A stretch of DNA of 64,000 nucleotides. Origin: Methanobacteriota archaeon (GTDB lineage Archaea > Thermoplasmatota > Poseidoniia > Poseidoniales > Poseidoniaceae). Positions 60,201-64,000 of the stretch are shown one piece after another. The stretch is taken from NCBI GenBank assembly GCA_002689345.1, contig NZFU01000002.1:8438-72437 (forward strand), written 5' to 3'. The notes below the pieces were generated by a model. The model was not told the DNA's origin and ran no database searches. It was given only the letters and a program-made list of their open reading frames with translations. A program made the position numbers and the translations under genes. Each line of letters starts with the position of its first letter. Position 1 is the first letter of the stretch.

Positions 60201-60631
60201 CGATAGAAGTTGATGATTATGCTGAAACCTGTGTAACAACTTATGATCCTAATGACCGTGATGGAGATGGAACTCCAGACGATAAGGATGCATTCCCAGA
60301 TGACCCAGACGAAGACACTGACACTGACGGGGATGGAGTTGGTGATAATTCCGATATTATTGCCTCTGTAGACAATGACATTATTTGGGTATCATCTAGC
60401 ATATTAGGATTGATTTTAGTTACTGTGTTAGGTTATGTATTCATGCGTTCAAAGAGTGAACCTGAATATGCTTGGGAATATCACAAAGATAAGATGTCTG
60501 AATCTATGCTGGATAATTTACAACCAGTAAATGATGATTTAGCACCCGAAGAGGTCCCCCCAGCTTTAGACTTAGGACCACCAACAAAGGATGTTCCTGA
60601 CGATATGAAAGTTGCAGATCTCTACGATTGA
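57212..60631 (+). CDS. Large cell-surface protein: C-type lectin, LamG-like, PPC-like repeats, EF-hands, TSP3-like repeats, C-terminal TM
   Basis: Signal peptide; CTLD WSDA..A...GFLVTI...WIGLSD...YRW.DG..Y.NW..GQP...WND; LamG ALRFDG..D, WTHV, GMLDDV; PPC-like GGPGDCELHI, GDGEAKL, GGEGDLALF; DRNSDG, DTNRDG, DRNNDN; DRDGDGTPD..DAFP; start approximate. Confidence 0.85.
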   Translation: MGRTIVNRKAFILIALMILVSASPLLSSTSANEVEDIVILDTAVNPANNHTYHLLSASSWSDAATVARSLDGFLVTIDDAEEDEWIFDTFASGNDTTRHLWIGLSDSQEEGDYRWHDGTPFMYRNWGEGQPGSGDDEDYVHITGTNMGSIEPADWNDLEDDPQYFPVYGVVEIGEGADYALRFDGDDDHIIIDEEMPDWDGHIEIEAWVNVPDTDGIQFITMFGDYGWGLYLNNGDLAYSNQYSMSQNPVSNQSIQENVWTHVKVVVNTTNGGEFFIDNQSAGLIDVNDSQIPSGDFGSNDCFQSGDDCDELFIGKMGAGCDCNYFRGMLDDVIISNSMNESMWMFTEGEGASTVDSQNREGEIIGASWVMPDGTIIAQAVEIENGEFYDGIDANAGDTLLFFMEIPENTQYLSLSMYTWEFDFEAEETSEEIEIEIYISKDEIPSAWDHDYEVITYDWGLYVYEYFEWPDEGTYWMTVSSNYEISNLEINAYWELAPEPPELDDMTELNDGIAVTGQTITRNSDKPLYYYVDLQDELAELRVNTWGGPGDCELHIALGALPMTDDWGWDDFESQSSSSDTSGRQIGGGQETSDHSYNPGNDETVQIFDAQPGIYYIMMTSYSGCRQVSIQADFTYSPDNVDPESAIELTAGISYGPLSGFEGLDQYFYIDVPVGTERLEVDLNNGDGEAKLMMRLDQYPTWTTYDKHSNAPGAGDKIGFNDPTPGRWYILLGSEEYYSRIDITASFEDRYVWTYDGEPIQLFNDEEIGGISAPEGEELYFFIDLGDDVASDLFIETWGGEGDLALFAEVEEIDWEDMNGGGPGGRQWGENGEYESDNGEANEEISIFFATGQIDITMYANTDIEDISIIAVWEIFDAPGPGPDPDPDPEPNPDLEIIPCDEYALELFEEMDRNSDGDLGPEEMDEDELEEFDTNRDGVIDINELTMSACTCENEIWMTFMQVDSDELSIEFMSSVAWKNEHDFFAIDRNNDNYIDSIEVDDYAETCVTTYDPNDRDGDGTPDDKDAFPDDPDEDTDTDGDGVGDNSDIIASVDNDIIWVSSSILGLILVTVLGYVFMRSKSEPEYAWEYHKDKMSESMLDNLQPVNDDLAPEEVPPALDLGPPTKDVPDDMKVADLYD

Positions 60632-61557
60632 GATTTCTTTCTACCCGGAGCAAGACCTAATGGTCGCAATAACGCAAGTACGTGCCTATGCATTTGAGGC
60701 AGCATTTCAAACAAGACTAATGCTAGCAAAAACATAGCACCTAGAGATACAAACCTAGATGCATATGCATGGCCAAATTCGAATATGCTTAGATTCATCC
60801 ACTGCCATTCAGGATATCCCATCTGTAACCAAATAAGTCCTGCATTTCTAAACAAATTCAGGATATGAATCAGAGATAATGCAATGAATAGAGCTCTAAC
60901 ACGCTTTCTCCAGTCAATGTCGAGAACTGATATCGCTCCAACAAATATTATCATCGATTGAATAGCAGTACATGCTAGAACGAAATTAATGTATAGTGGC
61001 TCACCATTTACTAGTAACTCGGTATGAAATGAAAACTCAGACATTTCATCTGTTAAGAACCATTTATTTCCATCCCAATCATTCCAGAGAACTTGTTCTG
61101 AATTAGCAGGGTTGGCATATGTATCACCTAAAGTAACATCAGCACCTCCACCAAATGAAAGTAGAGCCGCTGATTGCCATGCGACGAACCAAATTGCTAG
61201 TATATTCAGCATTGGAACATGAGCGATTAGTAGGTATGGAAGTCCTGCTACTGCAACCGTACCTCTAAACCATTTCAATGCTTTAGCATATTTTTCCTCT
61301 GAAACATTTCTCTCCCAAAGTGCAATAGCAACTGCTCCCGGTAATGTAAGGGCACTCATTATTGTCAGCACTGGATCATCATGAGTGATGTAAAAACCAA
61401 CATCATTAAAGAAATAAAAACCAGTGAAAATCCAACCTAGTGGAGCTATTGATTCAAAGCGACCTTTGCGGCTTTTCCAGGTGATAAAAAGAATCAACAT
61501 GCCAATCACACCGAGAACGGTTGCGATTGACCTATCGACCAGATAGTCGCCTGCCAT
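60622..61557 (-). CDS. Archaeosortase/exosortase family protein
   Basis: Multi-TM; INFVLACTAIQSM (catalytic Cys), LNLFRN (Arg), FEFGHAYASR. Confidence 0.85.
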   Translation of the reverse strand: MAGDYLVDRSIATVLGVIGMLILFITWKSRKGRFESIAPLGWIFTGFYFFNDVGFYITHDDPVLTIMSALTLPGAVAIALWERNVSEEKYAKALKWFRGTVAVAGLPYLLIAHVPMLNILAIWFVAWQSAALLSFGGGADVTLGDTYANPANSEQVLWNDWDGNKWFLTDEMSEFSFHTELLVNGEPLYINFVLACTAIQSMIIFVGAISVLDIDWRKRVRALFIALSLIHILNLFRNAGLIWLQMGYPEWQWMNLSIFEFGHAYASRFVSLGAMFLLALVLFEMLPQMHRHVLALLRPLGLAPGRKKSQS

Positions 61558-61852
61558 GCTACGCCAAGAATGGTGTTTCATCTAATGGCTTCGCCTTAAT
61601 GGGCATAGGAGGTTCCTTTCGAAGAACATGGTAAAAGAGCCATTGGGAGAGTCAAAATTCAATATTGACTTGTATTGACGGCTGAATTCAATTCTTGTAT
61701 ATTACTAGGCTCCATATTCTAACTTTAAAATGTGATTCTGAATTTTAGATCATAAATTTGATTTGAATTATTTTTTACATCCCTCACTAAATTTACACGT
61801 AAGGTTATTTTTTCTAACAAACGATAAATAGAGAAGAGTATGTCACCAATTG

Positions 61853-64000
61853 ATGCTCGCCAATCCGACCGCTAGGACTTCCATAATACTCGTGTTCCTT
61901 CTAATCTCTTCTTTGGCTTCAGGGATGTTTTCTGATTTGACTGAATTGCAAGATGAAAATACACAGGAAGAAGTTACTGGACGCTCTTTGAGTCAATTAG
62001 GATGGGAATGGGCCATAAAAGATCAAAACGCGGGCAATACGATTTCCAAAGCCCTTCATGTAGATGCAACTGATGGGGATATTTTCGTTGCAGGAGTATT
62101 TTCAGGGGGTACTATAGTCCTTGGAAATGATGTATTACTAAACCGAGGTGGTTTCGATATTTTCTTAGGAAAACTCGATTATCAAGGCAATTGGATTTGG
62201 GGAACTTCAATCGGGGGGCCTGGTGACGACCAAATTCAGGATATGGTTGTCGATTCTAATGAGGTAATAACTCTAGTGGGTGCATTCAATTCTAGTGTTT
62301 TCACTGCAGGTAATCATTCTGTAAATAATGGCGGAGGATATGATGGATTCATAGTAAACCATCTGAATTCAAGCGGTGGATGGATGAATCTAGATTCGAT
62401 TACTGGAAGTGGTAATGAAAACATTACAGGAGTTGATGTAAACTCATCAGGAGGGTTGATTGTTTCTGGTTGGTTTGATGGTTCAAGTGCTCAACTAGGC
62501 CAAGTCAATCTTACATCGAATGGTGGAGCGGACATGTTTTTCGCAACTGTTTCAAATACTGGATATTGGGGCTGGGTTAGGCAATATGGAAGTGCAGGTG
62601 ATGAGAAGGCTAACGATATAGTTTGGAGCCCCTCGAATAAATTCGTTGCAGTAGGGGAGTTCAATAGTTCATCTTTACAATTCAATTCATCTACTGTATC
62701 TCACGGTGGTGGACAAGGACTGGATAGTTTTGTTATCAGGTCAAATATGAATGCTGTTGAATGGGTTAGGAAGCCAATTTACATCCAAGGTGACCGTGCA
62801 ACGCACGTTACTATTGATGGAATTGGAAACACGTTTGTTGGAGGCCAATATGAGATTGGCAATACAATGACTTGGGGTGCTGTTCAAGCTAGTTGCTATA
62901 ATGGATTGAAGGGCTTTTATGTAACAAAAATTTCAAGCGCAGGTTCAGTTGGGTGGGCTCAAAACTACTGCGCTAGATATAGTTCAAACTATTATCAGTC
63001 ATCATTGACAAGCCTAAATTCAACCGGTTCTGTTTTGATTGTGGGTTCTGAAACAAATACGGGTATCAAGACTGAAGGCTCTACATCTTGGAGCAATTGT
63101 GGAGGCCATAATTATCGAAATACAGCCTTATTCAAATTAGCTGCTAGTTCAGGACAAGTTGACACCTGTACTTCGATTATGGATACAACTGTTGGAGGGG
63201 CTGTTTGGCAATCGGCACCAATCAACAAAATGATATTAGCAATGGAGAGACATGGGGATTATGATAACACCAACGGAATACAGGCTGACATCGATACTGA
63301 TACATCAGCTGTTCTAATTTCAAATATGTCATCTAATGGTAATTCATTACAATGGCAAAAAAGTGTTGGAGCAACCGATCATGATTCCATATTTGCGATA
63401 GATTATTCCAATTCTTCTGGAATAATTACAGTAGCAGGAATTATGCAAAGTAACTCTTTGAGATTGGGTTCACATGTACTTAGTATGGGAGATAATCCAA
63501 AGGGTGAAGGGGCGGCCTTCTTTATTGCTCAGATAGATTCTAACGGTAATTGGATTGGTGGAGAAGTAGCACCCTTTGGTATGAATGATTTGAGCGATAA
63601 CTATCCAAAATGGTATTTGGGCGGAGATATGGCTGTTGCCGCAAACGGCACAGTATATCTTCTAGGGCTATATGATCAATCGATTTATTTTAATGGGTCC
63701 AATTATTCACTTAATGAATATTATAACAATCAATACTTCTTAGCAAGTTGGAACGCTACTAATGGGTGGTTACATGCAGAAAACCTACCATTAAATGATA
63801 ATGAAGAAGCAAAAATTGCTTTGGATGGAAATGGAACATTGTACTTGGTTGGTAAATGCCAGTATAACACTTACATGAATCTCCAATCGTATTCAAGTGG
63901 TGGATGTATTGCAAAACGTAGTGTGGGTTGGGATTGGATACACCATGGCGGTGGTGGTTGCGAGATCGATGCTGTTGCAGCAACTACAAACGGTGCATAT
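61853..64000 (+). CDS. Large secreted beta-propeller repeat (SBBP-like) surface protein, truncated at window end
   Basis: Hand translation: open frame of 716 codons from ATG 61853 (MLANPTARTSIILVFLLISSLASG), repeats such as DIFLGKLDYQGNWIWGTSIGGPGDD and DMFFATVSNTGYWGWVRQYGSAGDE; no stop, so absent from the ORF track. Confidence 0.85.
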   Translation, partial: MLANPTARTSIILVFLLISSLASGMFSDLTELQDENTQEEVTGRSLSQLGWEWAIKDQNAGNTISKALHVDATDGDIFVAGVFSGGTIVLGNDVLLNRGGFDIFLGKLDYQGNWIWGTSIGGPGDDQIQDMVVDSNEVITLVGAFNSSVFTAGNHSVNNGGGYDGFIVNHLNSSGGWMNLDSITGSGNENITGVDVNSSGGLIVSGWFDGSSAQLGQVNLTSNGGADMFFATVSNTGYWGWVRQYGSAGDEKANDIVWSPSNKFVAVGEFNSSSLQFNSSTVSHGGGQGLDSFVIRSNMNAVEWVRKPIYIQGDRATHVTIDGIGNTFVGGQYEIGNTMTWGAVQASCYNGLKGFYVTKISSAGSVGWAQNYCARYSSNYYQSSLTSLNSTGSVLIVGSETNTGIKTEGSTSWSNCGGHNYRNTALFKLAASSGQVDTCTSIMDTTVGGAVWQSAPINKMILAMERHGDYDNTNGIQADIDTDTSAVLISNMSSNGNSLQWQKSVGATDHDSIFAIDYSNSSGIITVAGIMQSNSLRLGSHVLSMGDNPKGEGAAFFIAQIDSNGNWIGGEVAPFGMNDLSDNYPKWYLGGDMAVAANGTVYLLGLYDQSIYFNGSNYSLNEYYNNQYFLASWNATNGWLHAENLPLNDNEEAKIALDGNGTLYLVGKCQYNTYMNLQSYSSGGCIAKRSVGWDWIHHGGGGCEIDAVAATTNGAY

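Overview
Very gene-dense chromosomal segment of an archaeon. Archaeal information-processing genes (pan, aMBF1, tsr3, priS, srp54, rfcL, archaeal-type proS/glyS/metG, archaeosortase) are mixed with bacterial-like catabolic genes (hutH/hutU, split FTCD, FdhF/YdeP+FdhD, OPT, CocE/NonD peptidase, futalosine-pathway mqnA/mqnD/mqnE, split transketolase+transaldolase) and large Ca-binding surface proteins. This content suggests Marine Group II Euryarchaeota (Ca. Poseidoniales); the assignment is inference, no search was run. About 40 CDS, two of them truncated at the window edges and missing from the ORF track (1..1399 minus, 61853..64000 plus). No rRNA, tRNA, CRISPR or mobile element seen. Top finding: a 160-aa HEAT protein (24218..24700) that looks like one exact half of eukaryotic deoxyhypusine hydroxylase (YxSVDPAPP motif plus two His-Glu motifs 33 residues apart), a candidate archaeal, possibly homodimeric DOHH. 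Other notable signals: a non-canonical TT(C/G)A promoter box 28-31 nt upstream of about 15 start codons, a LIM-like half zinc finger coupled to priS, a membrane protein with zinc ribbons and a calmodulin-like EF-hand pair, a Get3/ArsA-HSP20 gene next to srp54, and a 1.76-kaa Lhr helicase.
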